Below are positions 26,735-40,923 of a stretch of DNA of 64,000 nucleotides, in pieces (positions within the stretch are counted from its first letter, which is position 1; each line of letters opens with the position of its first letter). The notes beneath the pieces are model-generated. The model ran no database searches. It had not been told where the DNA came from and was given only the letters and a program-made list of their open reading frames with translations. Both the position numbers and the translations under genes were made by a program. Origin of the DNA: Proteromonas lacertae (lineage: Eukaryota); contig NGBS01000588.1 in assembly GCA_002245135.1 (NCBI GenBank), positions 62,001-126,000 on the forward strand, in the 5' to 3' direction.

Positions 26735-27467
26735 ATGGGGAAGAATAATATTTTATCATTTAAAATACTAATAGTCGGAGATGTTTCAACTGGGAAGACT
26801 AGCATAGTTAAAAGGTATTTTTAAAAATAATCTTGCTCATTTCAATAGATATGTACATGATTTATACTCAGACCATCACAAGTCTACAATTGGTGTTGAT
26901 TTTGCTTTGAAACAAATCGAATTAGATGGTAATAGCATAAGGTTGCAGTTATGGGATATAGCTGGACAGGATAGATTTGGTTCAATGTCAAGGGTATCTA
27001 ATTTCAATAATTCAATAGGTGTATTACAGAGATGCATGTGGTACTTGTCTTGTATTTGATAAAACAAAGCGAAGCACATTTGAAACAGCAAAGAGATGGA
27101 AGGAAGAACTTGATGAAAAAGTGCAATTACCAAATGGAAAGCCAGTTCCAGTAGTTTTATTAGCTAATAAATGCGATATTGTTGAAGAACAAATATCTGA
27201 TGAAGAAATTGATGAATTTTGTAAAGCTTCTGGATTTGTTGGTTGGTTTTCAGTATAAATTGAATTCTATTGATTTATAGACTTCAGCAAAAGAGAATAT
27301 AAATATTAGCAAATCTATTACAGCACTAGCACAAGCTATTTTGGAATATGTAGATATACTAGATTGTATTAATTGAATAATTTTTATATAAATTAGGTAA
27401 ATCTCCGAATAGTGATATTATTATTGCAGATCCACTACCACAGAATAAATGTTGTTATTCATCTTAG
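26735..27467 (+). CDS. Rab GTPase of the Rab32/Rab38/Rab29 group
   Basis: [18 protein letters not shown], diagnostic [24 protein letters not shown]-terminal CC. Confidence 0.92.
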
Positions 27468-27752
27468 TAATCAGATATTTATAACACAATTTATTTATGT
27501 AGTTTTTGAAGGAATAACTTTAATATTTTATGTTTCTAGCATTTGAATTGTTTTTTATATTGTTGAAAATGATGTTCAACAGAAAGAATATTCATAATAA
27601 TCATATAATAGTTTGATTATTGTTTGATTGTGTTTTTAAATTTTTCATTTTTTCTACCTTTGTAATGTATATATTTGTAATTAAATATGTTTTGTATAGA
27701 ATTAAGAGAGTAATAAGTGTTATTACGTGATAAATGTAACTAAGAAAGGTAG

Positions 27753-30700
27753 ATGAATAATACTAATGAAACAATAGCAATAGAATATCCCTGTGATACA
27801 AATATATTATATGAAGAAGAGTATTATTTATTTTATATTGCATTTTGATATATGATTAGACTAAAAGGTAAGTATGAGTGTTATAACTGTCGTAATATGT
27901 GTGATTCAATAGGTATAAATATGTAGTTATATATTTTATAGAAAAATGTGATATATGTGGAAATTATTTTTGTTTAATTTGCATTCATATTGAAATTACA
28001 TTTTTGAGTGAATTAAAATACTTTTGTAACATCTGCAGATATTCAATATTATCAAGTATAGGTTATATTCATTTATTGTAGATAATGAGTCATTTCTTTC
28101 GAATATACAGAAAGATGATGTTTACTTCTCTTTATTCTATGGTCAAGGGAAATTAGGTATAAATATATCAATTTCTCCAAATGTTCATCTTCCAGTGCTG
28201 TCCAATGTAAATCATCAAAAGAATTGTAACACCTATAGTTGTATATTCAATCTGTTTGATGATAAAGAGAGTGAAACTATTGTATATTCAATAGAAGAGA
28301 AAAAATGTATGGAAATCACAAAACTCGAAGATTTAAAGAAGATAATAATGAATTGTCAAAAACCTGTTAGAATGACATATTTGAGAAGGAAATTTAATCA
28401 GTATTTATAATATTATCTCATTAATTTATATTGTATATAGCTTATATAACCTTCCATCTGTTTATTATTATTATTATTATGAAGTGAAAATTATTCAATC
28501 ACGTGGATTAATATCGATTGGATTTAAACCAATCATTTACACACAAAATAGTGATGATAATGATAATGATGTAGGATGTATAAAGTATAATTCAATGGGA
28601 GTATTGTATATAAATGGTAAAGAAAAAATAAACTGTGAAATATATAATAATAATGACATAATTGGTTTTGGAGTGAATATGCAGTATTATTTATACTTCA
28701 TCACAAAAAATAATAAATTGATTTATAAAGGAGTATTTCAACCAATTTATAATTCAAAATATAAGCCCTTTATTGATATTCCTGATGAAAAGACAATAGT
28801 TGAGACAAATTATGGAGATAAGCCATTTTTATATAATCCTAATGATGTATATACAATTTTAATCAACTCAAAATATACCCACAATAATGTTGTAAATGAA
28901 AATGAGAATAATTGTAGTTTTATTATAAAAGATGAAAAAATATCTTTAAAACATGTAATTAAAGCAATTGAAGAAAATAAAAGAGAAGAAATATCAAATC
29001 TAACAAATAATAGATGTGTAGAAGTGTTGTTAAAAGAATCAGAAAAACATAAAACCAATGAATATGTATATAGTCTGTATTATAAAGCAATCATATCTTT
29101 TATATCACATTCAACATCATTAAAGTTATTATTATCTGTAGAAGATATTAATTTATTATTAGATGTGATAGTATACGGAATAAAGTATATAATATCAGAA
29201 GAATATTATGTATTCAAAACATTGAAAACACTCAATATAATAACAAGAAATAATTCACTAATAAATGCAAAGTTAGTGTGTAGAATATATCAATTTTTAG
29301 TATATTCTCTACCTTATCTATCTATATGCTACAATCAAAACACATTCAACAGTTGTCTTTTAGAATTGTTTACATTATATCAGTTATACTGTCATAATGA
29401 AAATGATAATTCAAATGTTTTGCTATTTCATTATATATGTAGATCTGATAATATTGAGTTAGTAAATCAGAGTTTAGTGTATTTCAATTCACAAATACAT
29501 TCATATACACTGTTATTTATTGCAAATGATTATGATAATACTGTACTTATTGATGATATATTAAATATAAGTGTAATATCAGATAGTAGAATAAAGAGTG
29601 AGATATTTATATTGTTGGATAATACATTGAATAATTCAAATTGGATAATAAACAGTAGATTGAATAATATCATTAATTTTGCTGTAAATATGATTGAAAG
29701 GGGTATATCTAATGAAATTGAAATATTGTTGAATATTTTACATGGTTCACTGTTGAGAATAAACCAAAGTGAATTATCAGAGGAGATTGTCAAGTGTATG
29801 GTGAATGTAGTTATTGATTGTATTAAAAAAACTGAATATATTTCTCTATCATTTCAAATACTATTATATTTATCATTAAATTATTCTGATGTAAGTGCAA
29901 TCATTATTAATTATGATTATATTTCAGTGATTTGTTCATATCTAAACAATAAAGATATAAACAATATAATCGTATTGCAAATTTTAGTAAATCTAATAGA
30001 AAAATCATCAAATCAACCAGTATTGTTAAAGTCTATAATTCATAATTATAATTATAACAATCTGTATGAAATATTGAAATGCAACTATTCAAATTTAAAG
30101 AATGATGGTATTATTGTTGATATTATGAAGTTTATGAATTATTTATCAACTGAAATCAAATCAATTACAACCAGTAATGTAAAATATGCAATTGAAACTT
30201 ATTATAGCTTATTAGCTGATATTTATAATGATTGTGATGATAGTAATTCAAGATATAAAGATAAAGTTACATTTTATTACCTTCAAATATGTAATGCTGT
30301 TATTAAAGATACACCCTATCGATCGATAGTGATAAATGAATCATTTTTAGATATGTTATTAAGATGTGTTAATAGCAATTCAATACATGTGAAAATTGAA
30401 AAAGTATGTAAAGATATTCTGTCTTCTATCTTTTCCAGTGATGATATTAGATTTGTTATTGATTTATATAATGAAAATAGTTGCAAAGCTGTTTATCTAT
30501 ATTATAAGACAATCACATCACTTCATATTCAAGACTGTATATTTAAGGACAGAAAAAGAACAACACAAAATAATGAATTAATATTGCATTTAATAAACAC
30601 AAACAATAAAACTAACCTATTTCATTTACTAGAAATAACAAATGATGAAGATTTTAATGAAAGTTGTTATTCATCAATCTACACATATATAATTCAACAT

Positions 30701-32931
30701 AAATATCCATCCAATAGTATTTGGGGTATTAAATTATCTGCAATTCTATTAACTCAAACTGAAGTTATTTCGTTTTTGTATAAATTAACACAACAATTTA
30801 AGACTATAAACACTTTAGTATTGAATTGTGAGAATATAAGTGTTGATTCTATAATGAAATTAACAATTATAATACCATTTTCAGTCACAAATATCTTAAT
30901 CAATAAGAGTGAAAATAATGAAATAACAGAGTATATATTAAAGTCAATATATCAAACAGCAATTGTTTCTAATCCAGTTGTTACATTAACAATAACCAAT
31001 TCCAGAATAAATGATAGATGTATTGATATAATATGCCAATATTTATCATTATGTAATGGTTTCAATAAAGGATTGAAATACCTCATTTTATCACACAATA
31101 TTATAGAAGATAATACTTTTATCTGCAAGTTATTTGAAAAAATATTATCAATTGATTGTATAGAGATGTTAGATATAAGTTATAACAATATCAATCTTTC
31201 TTATTCATCATTTCATGATATGATATCAAAATCAAGTCATTTATCGAGTTTAAATATATCAGGTAATAGAATAAAAGATGTAAAAACTATCAAAGAAATA
31301 ATAGGAAAAAATAGTGATAGGATTAATGAAATGAAAGTAGATGATATTATGAGTATTAATAAAGAATTTAAGTTATGGATAAAAGAAAGACTTCAAAATA
31401 ATAAAATAAATATATTACACAATTCTAATCAATTCTTTAATTATAAAACAATTCAATACTCAAATCTTACCAACAGCCAAATGAAAGATAATAAAAAATC
31501 AAATAAAAGAGAATCAGAAAGTAAAAGTAGTAAGAAATGGTCAATTGGGATATTTTTCAGCAGTCCACTAGTATGGAAAGATTCTTCTAATAATTATCAC
31601 AGTTTAGAAGAAATAAACTATACCGAAGAAATACATACACTTTATAAAACAATAAAAGAGAATAACAAATCAATAAAAGTGTTGTATGATTATATAGGAG
31701 TTGATAAATTAAGAAGTTATTTAACAACAGAAAATTGTCATATACTTCACTTAAGTTTTCATTGTTCAAAACAGAATATATTTCTAGAAGATAATTCTTT
31801 AGGATTAAACTCAGTCGCATTATCAGATTTTGCAAAGTTTTTCAAACCAGAAATAGATAATAAAAAGATATATTTGATATTTCTAAGTGCTTGTAATAGT
31901 AAAGAATTAGGATTAAAGTTGATTAATATTGGAATACCATTTGTTATTTGTGTTGATGATGATAAATTTGTTGTTGATAAAGCTGCTATAAAGTTCACAA
32001 AATACTTATATCAAGCATTGTTTAATAACAAATACTCTATTTATGATGCTTATAACATTGCCTCTTCTGTTCAAAAGAGTAGTTTTATTATTCTTTCTGA
32101 AAGTTATTTATTCTCTGTAACATTGTTCTCAAGATTGTGTTATAATAATACAGATGAAAAAGATGGTGAAAGTGAGGAAGATGATGATATAATGAATGAA
32201 AATTTTAACACATTCATTCCTTCAATACCAGAGTTTTTTGTTGATAGAAATATTGATATTTATAAAATCTTCAACTCATGTGTAAGTAGAAAATTAACTA
32301 TAGTTGATGGAGAAAAAGGTGTTGGTAAAAGTAGTATTTGTTATAAGGTATATAAGAAAATAAAAGAAAGAAAATTATTGGATGGAAATATTTATTATAT
32401 TGATTTAATGAATATAAGAAATATGAATGATATTATTAGTAAAATGGTAAAACAGATGAATTATCATTCATTACTAATGAAATCTCATGTTGTGACTGTT
32501 AACGAGTTGTTAATACAGTTGAAAGATAAAGATCAGTTAATTTTTCTTGATAATTTGAATGAGGAAGTTATTAATGATGTTATATCCTTTGTTCAGAGTA
32601 TTGTATCTTTTACAAATAACGTTCATGTATTGTTAACATTAAGAAGAAGAATAAATATGACATTTGTAGGTTGCATTTCCAATTATATTACTGTTTTACC
32701 ATTAGATAAAGAATCTGTTGCTAAATTGATTATATTGGCATTAGAGCAATCATATGATCAAGAGTTGTTATTGAAATTAAGAGAATCTATTCAAAACTCC
32801 AAATTATTTGATGAATTAGAAGGCAATCCTAGTATATTTCATTTAATATATTATGAATAGGAAAGGTGATTGATTTTGTTCAAACATTAACTAAAGAGAA
32901 AATAGACAGTATCATCGATATAATAAAGTGA
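27753..32931 (+). CDS. Multidomain protein: FYVE-like Zn finger, PDZ-like, SPRY, ARM-like, LRR, CHAT protease, STAND/NB-ARC NTPase
   Basis: Four CxxC pairs; GKLGINI...KPVRMTY; YYEVKI...DIIGFG...NYGDKPF; LxxLxLSxN repeats; HILHLSFHC and IFLSACNS; FVDR, GEKGVGKS, LIFLDN, VLLTLR, EGNP. Five short introns keep the frame. Confidence 0.85.
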
Positions 32932-33185
32932 TCTATTAAATGTATGTCACCTTCATATTTTTTAAAAAGCAAGGATATAAAATCTTGTTTTTGATTTGTG
33001 TAATATAACTAGAGGTCCACATTTTATAAGTTCTCAGTATGTTGTGCTTGCATTTATTTTGAATAATTATCTTTCTATTCCATTAAAAAAACAAAAAAGA
33101 GAAACCGAGGCTAAAAATTAATATTTTTCTTAGTTAATTCCATTCACATTAAAAAAGATTTTAATTTTCAGTTTGTTCTTAAAAA

Positions 33186-34744
33186 ATGAAATCAGTATCT
33201 AGTATGGCAGATTTTCAAGTATAGCTTTCATTTTCAATCCTAATAGAGTCAAGGCGATACATCTACAGTGAAATTAATGAAAGAGGTATTTTCTATTTGT
33301 TAATTTGTAGTGCCTTGCTTCAAGCAATATCTTAACTGGAACAGATAGAAACATTTTCGAGAATTTATTTAGTCGTTATGCTTTAGAAAAGAGTAATGTG
33401 TACATCCCTTGGGATAAAATCGAACCTCCTCCAGAAAATATGGTTTTACCATATGATAAACTAGAAAGTGATATTTCTGAAGATAGCATAAAAGATCTTT
33501 TGAACAAACTGATAGTGTTAAAATTAAATGGTGGATTAGGAACAAGTATGGGATGTAAAGGACCAAAATCAGTGATAGAAGTTCGAAATGGTTTGACCTT
33601 TTTAGACTTAACAGTAAGACAAGTAGAATATTTAAATACGAAATATGATGTAAATATTCCGTTAGTGTTAATGAATTCCTTCTACACAGCTGATGATACT
33701 GAAAGAATAATCAGAAAATACAACAATCATAACATCAAGATATTATGTTTTAGTCAAGTATATATATATATATGTTTATATTTATATTTATATTTATATT
33801 AGCATTGTTTCCCTCGTATTGATGCTGATAGTTTATTACCAGTTCCTCATGAACCATTTAAGAAAGAACATATTGATAAATGGTATCCACCAGGTCATGG
33901 TGATATTTATGATGCATTTATTCATTCATCCATCTTTGAAGAATTAAAAGAAATGGATAAAGAGATTGTTTTTATTTCCAATATAGATAATTTAGGAGCA
34001 ACAGTTGATTTAAAAATCCCCAATCATATGTTAAATAATGGAATAGAATTTATAATGGAAGTTACAGATAAAACAGTAGCTGATGTGAAAGGTGGAACAT
34101 TAATCAATTATGAAGGTAAAGCAACTTTACTAGAAATTGCTCAAGTATCAAGTGAACATGTCGAAGAATTCAAATCAGTAAAGAAATTCAAAATATTCAA
34201 TACTAATAATTTATGGATAAGTATTGGTGAAATGGAAAGATTAGTATTAAGTGGTGAATTAAAATGTCGAGTAATTCAAAATAAGAAGATGTTAGATGGT
34301 AAGCCAATCATTCAATTAGAAACAGCTTGTGGTGATGCAATTCAATTCTTCCAAAATGCTATGGGAATTAATGTACCTAGAAGTAGATTTTTACCAGTCA
34401 AATCAACCAGTGATTTGATGTTAGTTCAAAGTAATTTATATGATATAGAACATGGTAGTTTAGTTAGAAGTCCAGCTAGAATCTTCCCAACATTACCTAT
34501 CATTAAGTTAGGAAGTAGTTTAGCTCATGTTAATGATTATAAGAAGAGAATATTCCCAGTCACTAGTAATATAATCGATTTAGATCATTTAACTGTAAGT
34601 GGTGATGTATGGTTTGGTCCAGGTATTACTTTAAGAGGAACTGTAATAATAGTTGCTGAACCTGGTAATGTAATTATGATTCCTGAAGGAGCTGTATTAG
34701 AAAATAAAGTAATCACAGGCAATTTGAGAATACTTGAACATTAA
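33186..34744 (+). CDS. UGP1: UTP-glucose-1-phosphate uridylyltransferase (eukaryotic UGPase)
   Basis: KLNGGLGTSMGCKGPKS, WYPPGHG, SNIDNLGA, RSRFLPVKSTSDL. Confidence 0.97.
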
Positions 34745-34844
34745 TCGAAATAATTGAATGATAATTAATTTCTATCTATTTTTATTGTTTGTTTGACTAA
34801 AAGAATAAACCAATATAATAAATATTAAATATATTACTATTGAT

Positions 34845-37550
34845 CTGGGTTCGATAAAGGGCGTCCTTTTCGAATTTTGCCCTATTTTTGCCCCTTTTTT
34901 TTCAGCTGAAAAGAAGCCTGCCCCTTACTGCTCGGGCATAGTAATATTACCATGTGTTATGCTGTAGTATATTTTTTCTGATTTTTTGTTATAACTTTTC
35001 CATATTATCATCTAGATATACTAACATATGTTAAAAAGGATATATTATTGTGTATTATAGCATAATAGTCATCTACTTTTCTTATGATTATATAATATCA
35101 TATGTTTATGCATATATACTAATTATATAGAATATACATACTGTATATCATATTCTGATATGCATATATATACATTATGTACATTTCAAGGTGATTGACG
35201 TCACTGAACATAAATGAAATTTATATAATAAATAATTTTGTATATTACACATATATCATATAGATAATTAAGAAGTATAGCTATAGAATGGGTATTTTCA
35301 GTTAATTGATAATCAATAGTACTTGTTATGATAATAACATAATATATTTCATAAACTAATAGAAAAACTATTTCAAAATTACTATTTAGTATATTTTGCA
35401 TACTACTTAATGTATTTCAAGCAATTATTTGAATACTTAGAAAATGGTTTGAGAATTTCGAGCTATCATTTTGCATTTCAATTGTATATGGGTAAAACGA
35501 GAGATGCTGTGTATAGATACTTTAATGAAGATGTGGTGTTAAAGAAACCCCTTGAAAAATACAACAGAATTCAATGCAGAAGGTGCAAGGCAATGATTAT
35601 TGCTCATTGCACTAATTTGAAACGTCATTACAAAAAGTATAAATATATTTATTATATTTATTAAATTAGATGTAGTGAAAAGCTAATCCAATCAAAACTT
35701 ACATAATTGAGATATGATGAACGTGCAATAAACTTAATGGTGACCAAATATCTTATAGAAAATAACTTAGCTTTCAGAACCATACAATCTAAATCCTTTA
35801 AAAATCTAATATATACATTAAATCCAACTACAAAGTCAATAACAATAAACAAAATAAAAGCATCAATGAACGAAGAAGCAGAAAGAATAGTAAAGGAAAT
35901 TGTAGATAACAGTAAAATATGTATAATTGTGGACGCTTGGAAATCAGTAACCAATGAAAACGTTATTAATTTGGCAATAAAGAAAAGCAGTGATATTTCG
36001 TTTTTGGAATCCATTTATTTACATAAACGAGAAACATCAGAAAATATAGTGGAATTAATAATTCAAACATTAGTGAAGTATAAACTAGATATTAAAAACA
36101 TTGTTGCTGTGAGTAGTGATAACAACTACACCATGAAAAAGATAAGTAGTATTTTAGAGAAAAAAATAAATAGACCTGTAGTAAAGTTTGGATGTTTAGC
36201 ACACATCCTAAACTTAATCAGTAAAAAAGTATTCGAAATAGAGAAATACAAAAAAGTGATAGTCATGTGTAATGACATTATTCATAAGTTAAATAATAAT
36301 CAAAAGATTAGAGAAACTATATATTCAATTATACAAAAAAAATATCCAAATACGCAAGGGTTGTGATACGAGATGGTCAAGCTATAGCGATGTATTTAGA
36401 AAAATATTACTCAATAAAGAAATTTTATTACAGATAAAATTATTAAAGGAAGAAGATATACAAGAAATTAAAGAATGCTACAAGATTGCAAAATATATTT
36501 CCACAAATATACACTTATTATGCAAAGATTCATCTACATTAAATGATGGTTTCAGAATATTGACCAAAATTAAAAGAAAGTTAATGAAAAGGTCATCAAG
36601 TGAAAAAGAACTTATTAAAGACATTATAAAAAAAGAGACTAGACATGCAAACTACAGCATTTTAGCTCTATATGAATTTTTAGACATAAACAGTAAACAT
36701 AAATTTTCAGACATGGAGAAGGATAATATAAAAAGATATATATTATCTAAATTCAGCCCTATTTTAAATCAGAAAGCATTAAATGAGATTTATCATTTTG
36801 AAAGAAGAAAACCATACTGCAAAAAGTGCCCTTCAGATATATTTTCGAAAAAGATATCAACTAATATATGGTACAATATGTATGGAGTTTTTTACCCAAA
36901 TGTTAAGAAGCTATATGATATTCTTTCAACTATTCCTGTCACAAGCTCATTTATTGAACGTTCATTTAGTATTGAGGGAATAGTTCATAATCATATTAGA
37001 AATAAATTACAGCTTAATACTATAAATAATATTTTAAGAATAAAATATGATTTATTAAAAGAAAAAAACAAAGAAAAAGATATAAATGAAGATGATAATG
37101 ATATTAGTGAAGAAGAATATAATTTAGATGTGCTGAATGAAATTGATAACAATATAGTATATGACACTTTAGATTATCAATGTTCTGGTGATGAAGATGA
37201 AAGTTCTGGTAGTTCTAGCGATGAAGGTTTAAGTGATGAAAGTTCTAGTGATGAAGGTTTTAGTGATGAAGGATCTCAAAGCCCTTACTTTTAAGGCTAT
37301 TATTATAATGAAATATTATTGTTTGTTATTGTTATAAGATAATAATACATAATTATGAAAAGAATAAATATTTTTATAGCGTTTAATATCCCTAAAATCG
37401 CACAAAATATAAAAATTCAAATAAAATAATTGAAAAGGGCAAATTGTACCCTTTTCTATTTTTAGATAGTATAAAGGACGCCCCTTTCAATTTTTGCCCG
37501 GGACATGCCCTTGTCCCGCCACTGCCCTGTCCCTTTATTATTCAACCCAG
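34845..37550 (+). mobile_element. Full-length hAT DNA transposon (2706 bp)
   Basis: Ends CTGGGTT...AACCCAG with imperfect longer TIRs and GC-rich subterminal repeats. 8-bp TSD CTATTGAT at 34837-34844 and 37551-37558. Confidence 0.95.
35488..37294 (+). pseudogene. hAT transposase (BED finger, DDE core, dimerisation domain), disrupted
   Basis: BED-like CRRC...NLKRH, VDAW, SDN, CLAH, TRW, IERSFS. Intron 35637-35669, in-frame TAA at 35704, frameshift in the A8 run at 36335-36342. Confidence 0.9.
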
Positions 37551-39666
37551 CTATTGATTAGTAGAAGATAATAATTCGAATGATGAATTTTTTGCACCTA
37601 ACGCCGCATATGCATATAATGGAGAAGGTAAATCTTTAACAAGTAAAACAGGAGATGAATTATTATGACTAATCCAAAATTCTCTTTTATTCATATCAAC
37701 AATCACTTCATAAATTGAACCATCTCCATGATTGAAATTTGGATTTGAAGTAACAATTGTTCCAATAAAACACCATTCAGGAACAACATAGCTTTTACCA
37801 AAAAAAGCAACATAATTACATGTTGTTGATTGTTCATGAATATCATCTCCAGAATATGTATTTTCAGTTGATAATCCTAATATAATATCATCATATTCTC
37901 CTTGATGGTATTTATACTTGATATGATAAACATCATTCTCTAATTTTTGACTTATATAACAATGATGATTATCATTATCTGTATTGGTTATTAATTTTCC
38001 ATCATTTAATATTGTTATTCCATTGCTTTTATTTAATACTGTGAATTTAACATCAACAAATTCTAATGATATTTTTGTTGTCTTTTCACTCTTTTTGTTT
38101 CTACACACTATTTCATATTCTTTACTCTCCATCAGAATTTTCACTTTTCCATGAATTATTCCGCTTTCTTTATCTATTATTATCCCTTCAGGTAAAACAG
38201 GAAAAATAAAAAATTCACAATATGTTCCATCACATGAAGGAATTATTGAAATTTCTTCATTCATTCCAAATAAATAGTGTGTTTGAGTGTAAGAAAATGA
38301 AGTGACTAATCTAAATGTTAATACTTCTAATAATGATTTATCGTAAATAATCTTACTCATTTCTTTTTCTTCATTTCTATTCAAATTCATTTCTTTTATA
38401 TATTCGATTAATAACTCTTTTGATTTGAAATTTATATAACATTCATTGTTTAATATCCTGTAAAGAATTTCTTTTCCACATAATCCTTCCATAATAATTA
38501 TATCCTTTTTATTATCAACAAACAAATACAGACATTTTAAAGTTCTGTTTCTTTTACTTTTATTATATTCACAACATATTTTCCCCAACAATTTATTCTT
38601 CTCTTCATTAGGTACTATTTCTGATATTTTCATTATTAATATCATATTTAGGACTATTTCTACTAGTTTAATATCTTCATTATATATTAGTTTTATTAAA
38701 TCTTTTTGAACTTCGTTTTTGTTTAATACTTGTATTTCATTGTCTCTTAATTCCATTTCACTTTCTTCATCCATATAATAATCATGAACTAGATCAATTA
38801 AGTCTTTATTATATATTTCATCAATATTTGTTATACATATATAATCACTTTTCTCACTTATTATTTCTATATTTAATTCCTTCAATTCATCCTTTACATC
38901 ATTCTCAGCTTGAATTTCATTGAAATGGATTTTGCTTTTCAATAGAGTTATGAACTCATCAATATCTTCTTCATTATCTTCTTTTTCTTTTAATACATTC
39001 TTATACCAAAACATTAATCGATTTAATAACCAACTCTCATCTTTGATTATTAATTTCTTATTTGATAATATCAATTTTATTGATTTTATATTCAGTTTCA
39101 ATAATAATTCATCTATTTAAATATTAATATATTGTTAATAACATATATTCATACCATTATTCAAATAGTCAAATCCATTCAATCGAATATTTTCTTCACT
39201 GAATCGCTTAAATTCATTCAACATATCATTTTTTATATTCATATTATAAAGTATATCGAATATTTCAATCATTATTGAATTGTTTAGATGATTCTTTAAA
39301 TATTTCTCACAAATTCTCATTATTCGATTATCATTGTAATAAATACTGAATCTCAATATATCACAAACATTATCTTCATTTAATTCCATACATCCACCAC
39401 TGTAGAATTTCTCTATCTCTAAAAATGAATTTATTTCACATTTTTCATATAACTCCAATACTCCTGTCATTTGCTCATCAAGCAATAACTTCTTTATTGT
39501 GTCATTTCCATTCATCAATATACTTTTCATACTCATTATTATCTCACTTTGGATTTTTATCTTCACATCACCAAAACCATTATTCACAAGTATTCGACTT
39601 AATCTATAAAATCAAATATTAGTATTTATACCCTCTACTACCGATTTCATTATCAATTACTTTCAT
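37551..39666 (-). CDS. BTB / putative-Ig / SPRY-like family, copy 2 (apparently intact)
   Basis: Same exon structure and domains as 5246-7360, open through the SPRY-like end. Confidence 0.8.
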
Positions 39667-40070
39667 TTCAGCAAATTATTGATTTTGGAACACTTATTGA
39701 AAAGAATTCGTTTCATTTCTATTCAAATCAGTTACATTGAATAAAAGAAGAATGAGAAATGATATAACTAAATGGTGCTATAAAATTTATAGAGTTAGCA
39801 TTTATTGTGAAACTGAAATTGGTGTTGAATGATTGTTAATTGTTGTAATACCATAGATATGAAAATAAAGTAGAATTATTACTAGTTTCATTATTTACAT
39901 AATATTTTTTATAGAATAATATAAAAAATAATATGATGACTTAAGTGCAACAGAAAATTTGATCAAATTGATAATATTATGAATAAGTTTCTATTAAAAG
40001 GAAAGTTTAATATTGAATGAATTAATATGTAGAGTAATTCAAAATAATAAAATGTAATTAATTATATAAA

Positions 40071-40730
40071 TCACAACCCTCTTTGACTAACACCTTTAGC
40101 AAAGCATGAGTAAATAGTAGCACTTATTAATAATATAGCTGCTGCTATTCTAAATACAATATTCCACTATTCAATATAAATAAAATCTATAAATAAAAAT
40201 ACTTGCATTGAGGTAGGTTTTTTCCCAATTATATAGGATGTTAGAATTGAAGATATCATTCCAGGTAATGTTCCAACTGTATTTGCTATTCCCATTATTA
40301 TTCCAGAATAATGAGGAATATATCCATCATATTAGCACCAATCACTGTCAAAGTTATTCCTGTTGATCTTACTGCGAATGACATTAATATAATCATTATT
40401 ATGACATTACCAGACAATGAAGCAGCCATTAATGCAGCACCTGCCATTACATTTCCTAATATAACAAAGAATATTCTTATTGTTACTATCTTATATTTGC
40501 CAGATTCTATTATACAATCTAAAAATTCCATTTATATATGTTGGTAAGTAAGTCATCATAGTATACCATGCCCAATTTACTCCACCAAGCAATTGAACTC
40601 TAGAATAAGAATATATAAATAATTGAAAGAATACAATGATAAAACTCCTGAATTTGATAATACAGATGCTAAAAACACACCCAATCCAAATGCTGGAGTT
40701 ATTTATCAAGAAAATTCTTTCAATAACAAA
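40071..40730 (-). pseudogene. MFS SLC17/anion-cation symporter-like transporter, truncated
   Basis: NWAWYTMMTYLPTY, NTVGTLPGMIS and WNIVFRIAAAI. Most of the N-terminal half is missing. Confidence 0.65.
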
Positions 40731-40923
40731 AGTATCAAGAAGATATATCGTACTCGTGTCCTGGACATGTCTCGAACATGTCCCGAATGTTTCACAAACA
40801 AATCACATCACTTTTTATTTTGATTTTTATAAAAGTGAGAATCAAGCCTTGAATATATGTAAAAATAAATTATACACAATACCAATAAAAATGTAAATGT
40901 TTAAATATTCATATTATATAACT

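Noticed and set aside
36335..36366. Programmed frameshift in the transposase A8 run
   Set aside because: The gene also has an in-frame TAA at 35704. Mutation or homopolymer error is simpler.
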